Part shown: piece after piece, positions 48,773 to 57,826 of the stretch
Layout: each line of letters begins with the position of its first letter
Numbering within the stretch: position 1 is the first letter of the stretch
Source: Bacteroidia bacterium
Lineage (GTDB): Bacteria; Bacteroidota; Bacteroidia; UKL13-3
Length of the DNA stretch: 64,000 nt
Reading direction: 5' to 3'
Assembly (NCBI GenBank): GCA_044370475.1
Contig: JBILVK010000004.1
Span: 4,596 to 68,595 of the forward strand
The notes under the pieces: model-generated
What the model saw: only the letters and a program-made list of their open reading frames with translations
What the model was told of the DNA's origin: nothing
Databases searched by the model: none
Program-made: the position numbers and the translations under genes

Positions 48773-51064
48773 ATGAAAAAAATTCACACTCTTTTGTTCA
48801 CATTTTGCCTCCCTATCTTTCTTTTTGCACAGCCGGTACAATTCAATTTAAAGAATAAAGCGAGCATCAGCATGAATGGTGCTGATACCTTGTTGTATCC
48901 CTTTACAGGAGGATTAAATTCGCCTCAGATGTACAATTTAGAACTAGATGGCGATGGAATAAAAGATTTGTTTGTTTTTGACAGGTATGGCAATAAAGTG
49001 CTCACCTATTTATATAAGGGAGGCAAATATGTATATGCTCCTATGTACGAAAGTCAGTTTCCTCCTTTGTTTAAGTGGGTTGTTATAAAAGATTATAACT
49101 GCGATGGGAAGGATGATATATTTACTGAGGTAGATTATAATGCACAGCCCGAGCCCGATAAATATATTTCATCTAATGGGATAAGGATTCTAAAAAATGT
49201 AAGTGTAGAACCTGGAAAGCTTTTGTGGAAACAGGATAGAAATCAATTGGTGGATACAGGATTGGGCACATTGCCTTCTTCTAATATTGCTGTTTCTAAC
49301 GCAGATTTAAATGCTTTTGAAGATATTGATGGGGATGGTGATATTGATATTTTATTGATGCCTTTTGGCAAAAATGTAATTACCTATTATCAGAATTTAA
49401 GTAAAGAGTTAAACTACAATTGCGATTCCTTGTTGTTTGTTTTTAGAGATGAGTGCTGGGGATATATGTCGTACTTAGTGAATACAAATGGATTCTTATT
49501 AAATGATAAGAGTTCATGTTTTCGCAATTACAAACGCGCTAAACATAATGGTACAACCTTAACCTTATTTGATTCTGATGGCGATGGTGATAAGGATTTA
49601 ATTTATGGTGATGTAGGCTTTTCTAATTTGGTTTATGTAGAGAACAATAGGAGCAATAATACCAGCAAAAGAGATAGCATCATTTCTCAAGATACCGTGT
49701 TTCCAAAAAACAGCATTGCTGCTAAAGTTGAGTTGTTTCCGGCATCCTTTATAGTTGATGTAGACAATGACGGAAAGAAGGATTTGCTTGTAGCACCAAA
49801 TGCAGATGCAGGTGCTAAAAACAAAGACCAAATCTTGTATTATAAGAATACAGGGACTGTAACTAATGCTGTTTTTACTTATCAAAACAATAATTTTTTG
49901 GTAGGTGAGACTTTTGATTTAGGTGGAGGTTCTATTCCTTGTTGGGTAGATTTGGATGCAGATGGAGATATGGATTTGGTGGTTGCTACGCAAGGAGAAT
50001 TTACCCAAACTGCCAATGGAAATGATAGGTTATTTTACTTCAAAAATACAGGCACAAACAACAAAGCTACCTATGTTTTGGCCGATTCAAATTTCTTGAA
50101 TATTAATGGAAGCTTGCCCAGAATTCAACGCGTAGTTCCCACTTTTGGCGATTTAACAGGAGATGGTAAACCCGATTTATTGATTGGTGATTTAAATGGA
50201 AAAATGCATTTTTATGAGAATAAAAGTGTAGGTACAACGCTGGCATTTGAAAAGAAGAGTGCAGATTATTTTAGCATATTTGGTGGCACTTCTGCTTCAC
50301 CGCAACTTTTCGATTTAAATAAAGATGGTAAGTTGGATATTGTGATGGGTAGGAAGAATGGTAGTTTAGCTTATTTTGAAAACAAAGGAACTGCTAGCGC
50401 GCCTGATTTTACTGCTACTCCAAGCATTGATTCTATTGGTAAGATTACCTCTGCAGAAATGGTTTTAAGTGGAGGCATCCCTTATTATTTTGATGGTTAT
50501 TCTATGCCTCATGTATGCGATTTGGATAAAGACGGACAGTTCGAGATTTTGGTAGGTAGTGATATGGGTAGGTTGCATTTATTTAGAAATTTTGAACCAA
50601 ATGCAAATCGTGTTTGTGATGAGGTTACTAAAATATATTCGGATGCTAACGGGGTTGCTCCAAGCGATATGCTTTTTGGTACTAAATCTGCTGTAACTAC
50701 TGCAGATATTGATGGCGACGGAGTTAGTGAATTGTTGATAGGCAATTCTCGTGCAGGCTTGCGCATGTATGCCACACAAATAAAGGGTGTAATTAGTGAT
50801 GTTAAGGAACAAACTAAAGTAGAGCAAAGTTGGGTATTGTATCCTAATCCAGCTTCATCTTTTATTTCGGTTCGAACCGATAAAAATAGAAGCAAACAGC
50901 CCTACGAAATATATGATATGGTAGGCAAGAAACATTTGTCTGGTATGATGGATTCTTATGAGACCCAAATTGACATTAGCACATTGCCTGCTGGTTTTTA
51001 TTTGATGAAGAGTGTCGATGAAAGCGGAAATTCTTATGTAGGAAGATTCCTGGTTAGTCAGTAG
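48773..51064 (+). CDS. FG-GAP/VCBS-repeat protein with T9SS type-A C-terminal sorting domain (paralog 1)
   Basis: Signal peptide. Repeated Ca-binding-like D-x-D-x-D-G motifs are present (DIDGDGDID, DSDGDGDKD, DLDADGDMD, GDLTGDGKPD, CDLDKDGQFE). The C-terminus WVLYPNPASSFISV...GFYLMK...GRFLV is a T9SS CTD. Confidence 0.8.
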   Translation: MKKIHTLLFTFCLPIFLFAQPVQFNLKNKASISMNGADTLLYPFTGGLNSPQMYNLELDGDGIKDLFVFDRYGNKVLTYLYKGGKYVYAPMYESQFPPLFKWVVIKDYNCDGKDDIFTEVDYNAQPEPDKYISSNGIRILKNVSVEPGKLLWKQDRNQLVDTGLGTLPSSNIAVSNADLNAFEDIDGDGDIDILLMPFGKNVITYYQNLSKELNYNCDSLLFVFRDECWGYMSYLVNTNGFLLNDKSSCFRNYKRAKHNGTTLTLFDSDGDGDKDLIYGDVGFSNLVYVENNRSNNTSKRDSIISQDTVFPKNSIAAKVELFPASFIVDVDNDGKKDLLVAPNADAGAKNKDQILYYKNTGTVTNAVFTYQNNNFLVGETFDLGGGSIPCWVDLDADGDMDLVVATQGEFTQTANGNDRLFYFKNTGTNNKATYVLADSNFLNINGSLPRIQRVVPTFGDLTGDGKPDLLIGDLNGKMHFYENKSVGTTLAFEKKSADYFSIFGGTSASPQLFDLNKDGKLDIVMGRKNGSLAYFENKGTASAPDFTATPSIDSIGKITSAEMVLSGGIPYYFDGYSMPHVCDLDKDGQFEILVGSDMGRLHLFRNFEPNANRVCDEVTKIYSDANGVAPSDMLFGTKSAVTTADIDGDGVSELLIGNSRAGLRMYATQIKGVISDVKEQTKVEQSWVLYPNPASSFISVRTDKNRSKQPYEIYDMVGKKHLSGMMDSYETQIDISTLPAGFYLMKSVDESGNSYVGRFLVSQ

Positions 51065-51080
51065 CATTTAAACTAGCCCT

Positions 51081-53372
51081 ATGAAGTATTACCGCACCCT
51101 CCTTTTTTTATTTTTATTTTCATTGGAATGCATAGCACAGCCTGTTCAGTTTAATTTAACGAACAAAGCTGCCATTAGTTTAAATGGAATAGATACCTTA
51201 AAATATCCTTACGTGGGCGGGTTTAACAGTCCGCAATTCTATAAAATGGAGCTTGATGGTGATGGGGTGAAAGACTTGTTTGTCTTTGATAGAATTGGCA
51301 ATAAGGTGATGACTTTTTTGTATAAATCTGGTAAGTATGTTTATGAACCTTCCTTTGAAACACAGTTTCCTCCTTTGTTTAATTGGGTAGTAATAAAAGA
51401 TTATAACAAAGATGGTAAGGATGATATATTCTCTGAAGTGGATGTTAATTTTATGCCGGAGCCTAATGAGCCCATTAATACCAGTGGTATTAGGTTGATT
51501 GAGAATATAAGCACGGTGCCTGGTAAGTTTGTTTGGCGACAAAGGAAAAATGAGATTCTTGATATGGGAGTATTACAATTACCTCCTTCTAGAATTGGTA
51601 TTGCTGTTGATGATATTCCGGGTATTGAAGACATAGACAATGATGGCGATTTAGATTTATTGTTTATGCGTTCTGGACTAAATGTAATTAGCTATTACCA
51701 GAATTTAAGTCAGGAAAGAGGTTATGGAAACGATTCCATTTTGTTTTTACTTCGCGATGATTGCTGGGGATACACCTCTTATTTAATGCATACCAATGCT
51801 TTTCTCTTGGCCGACAAAAGTTCATGTTTTAGAAATTATAAAAGAAGCATGCACAATGGCACTTCGTTAAATTTTATTGACATGGATAATGATGGTGATA
51901 AAGACCTTATTTATGGCGATAATTTTTTTAATGGATTGGTTTATTTGGAGAATGGAAAAGCCTTAAATTCGAAAGGAAGAGATTCTATTATTTCTCAGGA
52001 TACTTTATTTCCAAAGAATACAACACGCGCATCATTGGAGGTGTATCCGGCTTCTTTTTATTTGGATGTAGACAATGATGGAAAGAAGGATATGTTAGTG
52101 GCAACCTGCCACAATGAGCTTGGAAAAAACAAAGATCAAGTGATGTATTATAAGAATACAGGCACTGCGCTTAAGCCTGTTTTTACCTACCAAAATTCTC
52201 CTTTTTTAACCAATGAAATGTTTGATTTGGGAGGAAATAGTATTCCTACTTTGGTTGATATTGATAGCGATGGTGACTTGGATATGGTATTGAGCACACA
52301 AGGTGAATATACCCAAACCTACAATGCAAACGACAGGTTGGTTTTGTTGCTTAATGTTGGCAATAAAAATAAAGCTAGCTATGTTTTGGAGGATAATGAT
52401 TTTTTGAAAATTAATGAGTTTAATCCCAGAATTATGCGGGCTATAGCCAGTTTTGGCGACTTAAATGGTGATGGTAAACCCGATATGGTGATTGGAGATT
52501 TGTATGGGAAGATTCATTATTATGAAAATTCCACCGTGGGTTCTCAAATAAAGTTTACGAAGAAAAGTTCTGATTATTATTCGATGTATGCTGGGAGGAC
52601 GGCAGCACCTCAATTGTTTGATTTAAACAAAGATGGTGTATTAGATTTGGTGGTAGGTGCAAGAGGTGGAAACATTGCTTATTTTGAGAACAAAGGCACT
52701 GTTACTAATGCAATTTTTTCTTCATCACCCAGCATAGATTCTGTAGGCAAAATTTCTGTTGCCGAGCAAATCATAAGTGCTGGTCAGCCTTTTGTTTTTG
52801 ATGGCTATGCAAGGCCACATGTATGCGATTTAGACAATGATGGTAGGTTTGAGATTTTGGTAGGTAGCTTTAGCGGAAGGGTGTTTTTATATAGGAATTT
52901 TGAAGCCAATGCTACCCGTGTTTGCGATGAGGTAACAGAGATTTTTTCTGAAGGTGCAGGCATAACCCCAAGCAATGTGCAATTTGGGGTTAAGTCGTCT
53001 GTAACCAGCGGTGATTTAGACGGCGATGGGTTAAATGAAGTTTTGATAGGCAACGATAGAGGCGGACTGCGGATGTATTCAACCCAGGTAAAAGGGGTTA
53101 TAAGTGGTATTAAAGAGCAAGCAAAGAGTGCACAAAATTGGGTGTTGTATCCAAATCCCGCTCAGTCAATTATTTCGGTTCGAACCGATAAAAATATGAG
53201 TAATCAAAGTTACGAAATTTACGATTTGGTAGGCAAAATGGTGGGTAATGGCAAAATGGAAGGATATGAAACCCGCATAAATATTTTGGGATTAGGCGAA
53301 GGAATTTACCTCCTAAAAAGCACAGATAGAGAAGGTAATGTGTACGTATCCAGATTCTTAGTAGAAGATTAA
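51081..53372 (+). CDS. FG-GAP/VCBS-repeat protein with T9SS type-A C-terminal sorting domain (paralog 2)
   Basis: Colinear with paralog 1 over its whole length and also 763 aa. It has the same repeat and CTD motifs (WVLYPNPAQSIISV...GIYLLK...SRFLV). It starts 16 nt after paralog 1. Confidence 0.8.
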   Translation: MKYYRTLLFLFLFSLECIAQPVQFNLTNKAAISLNGIDTLKYPYVGGFNSPQFYKMELDGDGVKDLFVFDRIGNKVMTFLYKSGKYVYEPSFETQFPPLFNWVVIKDYNKDGKDDIFSEVDVNFMPEPNEPINTSGIRLIENISTVPGKFVWRQRKNEILDMGVLQLPPSRIGIAVDDIPGIEDIDNDGDLDLLFMRSGLNVISYYQNLSQERGYGNDSILFLLRDDCWGYTSYLMHTNAFLLADKSSCFRNYKRSMHNGTSLNFIDMDNDGDKDLIYGDNFFNGLVYLENGKALNSKGRDSIISQDTLFPKNTTRASLEVYPASFYLDVDNDGKKDMLVATCHNELGKNKDQVMYYKNTGTALKPVFTYQNSPFLTNEMFDLGGNSIPTLVDIDSDGDLDMVLSTQGEYTQTYNANDRLVLLLNVGNKNKASYVLEDNDFLKINEFNPRIMRAIASFGDLNGDGKPDMVIGDLYGKIHYYENSTVGSQIKFTKKSSDYYSMYAGRTAAPQLFDLNKDGVLDLVVGARGGNIAYFENKGTVTNAIFSSSPSIDSVGKISVAEQIISAGQPFVFDGYARPHVCDLDNDGRFEILVGSFSGRVFLYRNFEANATRVCDEVTEIFSEGAGITPSNVQFGVKSSVTSGDLDGDGLNEVLIGNDRGGLRMYSTQVKGVISGIKEQAKSAQNWVLYPNPAQSIISVRTDKNMSNQSYEIYDLVGKMVGNGKMEGYETRINILGLGEGIYLLKSTDREGNVYVSRFLVED

Positions 53373-53439
53373 TTCATATTTTTATAATTCTGTGAGCAAG
53401 CAGAAGTTTTTCTATAATTTCGTGCAAAATTAAAACACT

Positions 53440-54630
53440 ATGTACGGGAATTTACAACAACAATTGCAAGCTGAATTAAGCGAAATTGAATCTGCAGGTT
53501 TATTTAAGCGTGAGCGCATTATTGCATCACCACAAGGTGCAGAAGTAGTATTAGAGAGCGGACAAAAGGTATTGATTTTTTGTGCCAATAATTATTTGGG
53601 ATTATCATCACATCCAAGGGTTTTAGAAGCGGCAAAGAAGACTATAGATACTCATGGTTATGGGATGAGTTCTGTACGTTTTATTTGTGGAACTCAGGAT
53701 ATACATAAAACGTTAGAGGCAAAGATTGCGGAATTTTTAGGCACAGAAGATACCATTTTATATGCAGCGGCTTTTGATGCAAATGGGGGTATTTTTGAGC
53801 CCTTGTTTAATGAGCAAGATGCCATTATAAGTGATGCTTTAAATCATGCAAGTATTATTGATGGAGTGCGTTTATGTAAGGCTGAGCGTTACAGATACGA
53901 GCACAATAATATGGTAGATTTGGAAGAAAAGTTAAAGGCTACCCAGCATTGCAGAAACAGAATTATAGTTACAGACGGTGTATTTAGCATGGATGGTACC
54001 ATTGCGCAATTGGATCATATTGTTGCCTTAGCCGAAAAATATAATAGCTTAATCATGGTGGATGAATGTCATGCCAGCGGATTTATGGGCGACCATGGAA
54101 GAGGAACCCACGAATACAGAAATGTGATGGGTAAGATTGATATCATTACTGGAACCTTAGGAAAAGCTTTAGGCGGTGCTATGGGTGGTTTTACAAGTGG
54201 TAAGAAAGAGATTATTGATTTGCTTCGTCAGAGAAGTAGGCCTTATTTGTTTTCTAATACCTTGGCTCCAGCAATAGTGGGTGCAAGTATTGAGGTGCTT
54301 AATATGTTAACTGAAACTACAGAGTTAAGAGATAAGTTGTGGGCAAGCACACAATATTTTAGAAAAGAGATGACGGAAGCGGGTTTTGATATTAAGCCTG
54401 GTGAGCATCCAATTGTTCCAGTAATGTTATATGATGCTAAACTTTCTCAGGACTTTGCTTCTAAATTATTGGAGGAAGGAGTTTACGTAGTTGGATTTTA
54501 TTATCCAGTGGTTCCAAAGGGTCAGGCTAGGATTCGCGTTCAGATAAGTGCTGGTCACGAGCGCCATCACTTGGATCAGACCATTGCTGCCTTTAAGAAA
54601 GTAGGAAAAGAGTTGGGTGTAATTAAGTAG
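53440..54630 (+). CDS. kbl: Glycine C-acetyltransferase (2-amino-3-ketobutyrate CoA ligase)
   Basis: Class II aminotransferase (AONS family). It carries the PLP-Lys block [10 protein letters not shown] and DECHASGF. Confidence 0.9.
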   Translation: MYGNLQQQLQAELSEIESAGLFKRERIIASPQGAEVVLESGQKVLIFCANNYLGLSSHPRVLEAAKKTIDTHGYGMSSVRFICGTQDIHKTLEAKIAEFLGTEDTILYAAAFDANGGIFEPLFNEQDAIISDALNHASIIDGVRLCKAERYRYEHNNMVDLEEKLKATQHCRNRIIVTDGVFSMDGTIAQLDHIVALAEKYNSLIMVDECHASGFMGDHGRGTHEYRNVMGKIDIITGTLGKALGGAMGGFTSGKKEIIDLLRQRSRPYLFSNTLAPAIVGASIEVLNMLTETTELRDKLWASTQYFRKEMTEAGFDIKPGEHPIVPVMLYDAKLSQDFASKLLEEGVYVVGFYYPVVPKGQARIRVQISAGHERHHLDQTIAAFKKVGKELGVIK

Positions 54631-54683
54631 GCGCTTAACAATGCCTTAACATACAATTAACCTTAGGCTAACAAGCTATTAAC

Positions 54684-54712
54684 TTTGCGGTAATTTAGTA
54701 AGGATACTTTTG
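54684..54712 (+). promoter_or_regulatory. Candidate promoter of the TonB-dependent receptor gene
   Basis: TTTG (54684-87), a 17-nt spacer, then TACTTTTG (54705-12). It lies 17 nt upstream of the ATG. Confidence 0.4.
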
Positions 54713-54729
54713 CCTCAGTTTCAACGCAT

Positions 54730-57648
54730 ATGAAATTGAGAATAACTATTTTATTGTTTCTTGTATTTGGATTGATACAGGCTAACGCAGCTACTGGCAC
54801 GGGCAAAATTGCTGGTAAGGTAATCGACAAAAAAACGGCTGAAGAGCTCATTGGAGTTACAGTGATTGTGGAGGGCACCAGTTTTGGTGCTGCAACCGAT
54901 TTTGAAGGAAATTTTATTATTGGAAACTTAAAGCCAGGTGTTTATAACCTCATTTTAAGTTATGTATCTTATGAGAAAAAGATATTAAAAGGAGTAGAGG
55001 TAAAGGCTGGAGAGGTAACCAATATTAATGTAAGCATAGAGCAATCTCAAAAGGAATTAAATGAGGTGGTAGTGCAGGCTGAGATGAGAAGGGAAAATGC
55101 CAGCGCTTTGTTACTTACACAAAAGAAAAGCACATCTATATCTGATGGTGTTTCTGCCGACATGATTAAAAAGACGCCAGATGCAACTACTGGCGACGTT
55201 ATGAAGCGTGTGAGTGGCACTTCCATTCAAGACAATAAATTTGCGGTTATACGTGGCTTAAACGACCGTTACAATACAGCTTATATCAATGGTGCTCCTC
55301 TTCCTAGCTCAGAAAGCGATAGAAAAGCATTTTCATTTGATATTATTCCTTCTAATATGTTGGATAATATGGTGATTAATAAATCGGCCACACCCGATTT
55401 GCCTGGTGATTTTGCAGGAGGTTTAATTACCATCAACACAAAGGATATTCCTGAGAAAAAATTTACATCTGTATCATTAGGTGCAAGCTATCACAGCATT
55501 TCTACTTTTAAGGAAGGCAATACTTACAATGGTGGTAAAACAGACTGGTTGGGAGTTGATGATGGGACCAGAACTATTCCTAATGGCATTCCAGAAAGAG
55601 GCGCATACAATGGCCAATCGATGGAGGATAAAATCAATAGCAGTAAACAGTTTAACGACGATTGGAAAACGCAAGCTATTTCGAGCCTACCAATGAATTA
55701 CTCTATGCAACTTTCGGGCGGTAACAGTTATAAAGTGGGTAAGAAGGATGAATTTGGCTTTATAGTTTCTGCGAGTTATAGCAATTCTGTTAAGAATTCA
55801 TATGTGGAAAGAAATCAATTCAACAGACCATTGGATGCGATAGATAATCAAATTGTAAGAAGCTATCAAGATACCATTACCAAAAATGAAACTTTAATGG
55901 GAGTGATGGCCAACTTTGGTTATAAGATTGGTACTAAGAGTAAGATTAGTTTTAAGAATGCATATACCATAAATGGTGAAGATCAAACTATTTTAAGATC
56001 TGGTAACGATGATTATACCAGTGAACAAATGCCATTGGTAAGAAATACTTATTATAATTTTTCTCAAAGTAAATTACTTACCTCGCAGTTAACGGGTGAG
56101 CACTTTATAAGTTCTGCAAAGACAAAAGTAAAGTGGGTGTTGAATAATAATGTGATTGATAGACAGGTGCCAGATTTTAGACGTTACTCAACCTTCTCTA
56201 CCATGATGGATGCTGGAACTGGAGAATATACACCCTATGCAGCTAAAATTACTAGCAGTAACCCCGATATTACCCAGACAGGTAGATTTTATTCTAGCTT
56301 AAATGAGGTGATTAGAAGTGCTGGTTTAGATTTGCAAAAGCCATTAGAGTTTGTAACAAACAAAAAATTAAAAACAGAAGCCAAAGTAGGTGGATTTATT
56401 CAGGGTAGAAGTCGTGATTTTGAAGCAAGAGCATTTGCTCCTGTATTAAAATTATCTGGCTTAGAAAGAAATAAATTCTTAGAAGGTTCATTGGATACAA
56501 TGTTTCAAGCGGCTAATTATTCTAAAGATTTTTATTTTGATGAAGACTTTAGGGCGCAAGATGAGTACACTGCTAGTTCTAGTTTAAAGGCAGGGTATTT
56601 AATGTTGGATCAGCGCGTATATTCTAGGTTAAGATTGGTTTACGGTGTAAGATTTGAATCTTACAAACAAACTTTGAATTCATTTGAATTGAACAGTAAC
56701 CCGCCATTGCCACTGTCTGTTGATACCGTATTTAATGATTGGTTGCCTTCGATAAATGCAACTTATGAACTTACTGAAAAAGTAAACATCAGAGCGTCTG
56801 CATTTAAATCGGTAGCAAGACCAGAGTTTAGAGAGATTGCACCCTTTGCATTTTTTGATTTCAATTTAAATACAGTAGTAACAGGAAAGCCAACTTTAAC
56901 CAGAACAAGAATTAATAACTACGATTTACGTTTTGAATTTTATCCTGGTGAAGGTCAGTTATTATCTGCATCTCTTTTCTATAAGGAGTTTATTAATCCT
57001 ATCGAAAATGTGTATGAGTTTATTGGAAGTGATGCTACACAAGGATATTCTAGTGATGCGAAAGCAACGAACTATGGTGTTGAATTAGAGTTAAGGAAGA
57101 ACTTTGGTTTTATAGATGAAAAAGTAGGTACTAGCTGGATGCGTAACTTAACTTTTACATGTAACTATGCTTACATCGTATCTAAAGTAACCTTAGATGA
57201 AAGTGTATCGTTAAGCAAATATGGATCTCGTCCGTTGCAAGGACAATCACCTTATATTTTGAACACCAGTTTACAGTATTATGAACCAAAATCTGGATTG
57301 TCGTTGGCCTTGTTTGCAAACAAAATTGGTAGAAGAATTGCATACGTTAGGGCTAAGAATGGTGAGGTTCCAGATTTGTGGGAAAATCCAAGAACTGTTT
57401 TAGACTTCTCTGTTTCAAAAAGAATTGTTAAGGGCTTAGAAGCTAAGTTTTCGATTAACGATATTTTGGCTCAAGATTTAGTTTTTTACCAAGACAATAA
57501 TGGCAACGGTAAGTTAGATAATTTTAACAAAGAGACGCTCATTAACAATGCAACGAGTACAAGTCAACAACGTTTAGATATGGACAATATCATGTTTAAA
57601 TACAAAATGGGTTATACTGTTTCATTTAGTTTAAGTTACAAATTTTAG
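54730..57648 (+). CDS. TonB-dependent receptor with N-terminal carboxypeptidase-regulatory-like domain
   Basis: Signal peptide, then a CarbopepD_reg-like beta-sandwich (GKIAGKVIDKKTAEELIGVTVIVEG...). The plug carries VIRGLNDRYNTAYINGAPLPS. The long barrel ends ...SFSLSYKF. Confidence 0.9.
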   Translation: MKLRITILLFLVFGLIQANAATGTGKIAGKVIDKKTAEELIGVTVIVEGTSFGAATDFEGNFIIGNLKPGVYNLILSYVSYEKKILKGVEVKAGEVTNINVSIEQSQKELNEVVVQAEMRRENASALLLTQKKSTSISDGVSADMIKKTPDATTGDVMKRVSGTSIQDNKFAVIRGLNDRYNTAYINGAPLPSSESDRKAFSFDIIPSNMLDNMVINKSATPDLPGDFAGGLITINTKDIPEKKFTSVSLGASYHSISTFKEGNTYNGGKTDWLGVDDGTRTIPNGIPERGAYNGQSMEDKINSSKQFNDDWKTQAISSLPMNYSMQLSGGNSYKVGKKDEFGFIVSASYSNSVKNSYVERNQFNRPLDAIDNQIVRSYQDTITKNETLMGVMANFGYKIGTKSKISFKNAYTINGEDQTILRSGNDDYTSEQMPLVRNTYYNFSQSKLLTSQLTGEHFISSAKTKVKWVLNNNVIDRQVPDFRRYSTFSTMMDAGTGEYTPYAAKITSSNPDITQTGRFYSSLNEVIRSAGLDLQKPLEFVTNKKLKTEAKVGGFIQGRSRDFEARAFAPVLKLSGLERNKFLEGSLDTMFQAANYSKDFYFDEDFRAQDEYTASSSLKAGYLMLDQRVYSRLRLVYGVRFESYKQTLNSFELNSNPPLPLSVDTVFNDWLPSINATYELTEKVNIRASAFKSVARPEFREIAPFAFFDFNLNTVVTGKPTLTRTRINNYDLRFEFYPGEGQLLSASLFYKEFINPIENVYEFIGSDATQGYSSDAKATNYGVELELRKNFGFIDEKVGTSWMRNLTFTCNYAYIVSKVTLDESVSLSKYGSRPLQGQSPYILNTSLQYYEPKSGLSLALFANKIGRRIAYVRAKNGEVPDLWENPRTVLDFSVSKRIVKGLEAKFSINDILAQDLVFYQDNNGNGKLDNFNKETLINNATSTSQQRLDMDNIMFKYKMGYTVSFSLSYKF

Positions 57649-57698
57649 TAAGGCGGAAATCAACACTGTACGCCCGTGCTGTGTTGATTTCATATGCA

Positions 57699-57732
57699 TA
57701 AAAGTCTCATGTTTACATGAGACTTTTTTTTT
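57699..57732 (+). terminator. Rho-independent terminator after the TBDR gene
   Basis: Stem AGTCTCATG/CATGAGACT, loop TTTA, then T9. A second hairpin, GAAATCAACAC/GTGTTGATTTC (57656-57691), precedes it. Confidence 0.7.
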
Positions 57733-57777
57733 ACATTTCAATGTCTCAGTTAACATTTTGATAACGTATCCTTAACC

Positions 57778-57805
57778 TTGAAACAATAGGCTAAATCTAG
57801 TTTTG
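57778..57805 (+). promoter_or_regulatory. Candidate promoter of the large T9SS cargo gene
   Basis: TTG (57778-80), a 17-nt spacer, then TAGTTTTG (57798-805). It lies 21 nt upstream of the ATG at 57827. Confidence 0.4.
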
Positions 57806-57826
57806 GGGTATCAAAAGATGATACAT

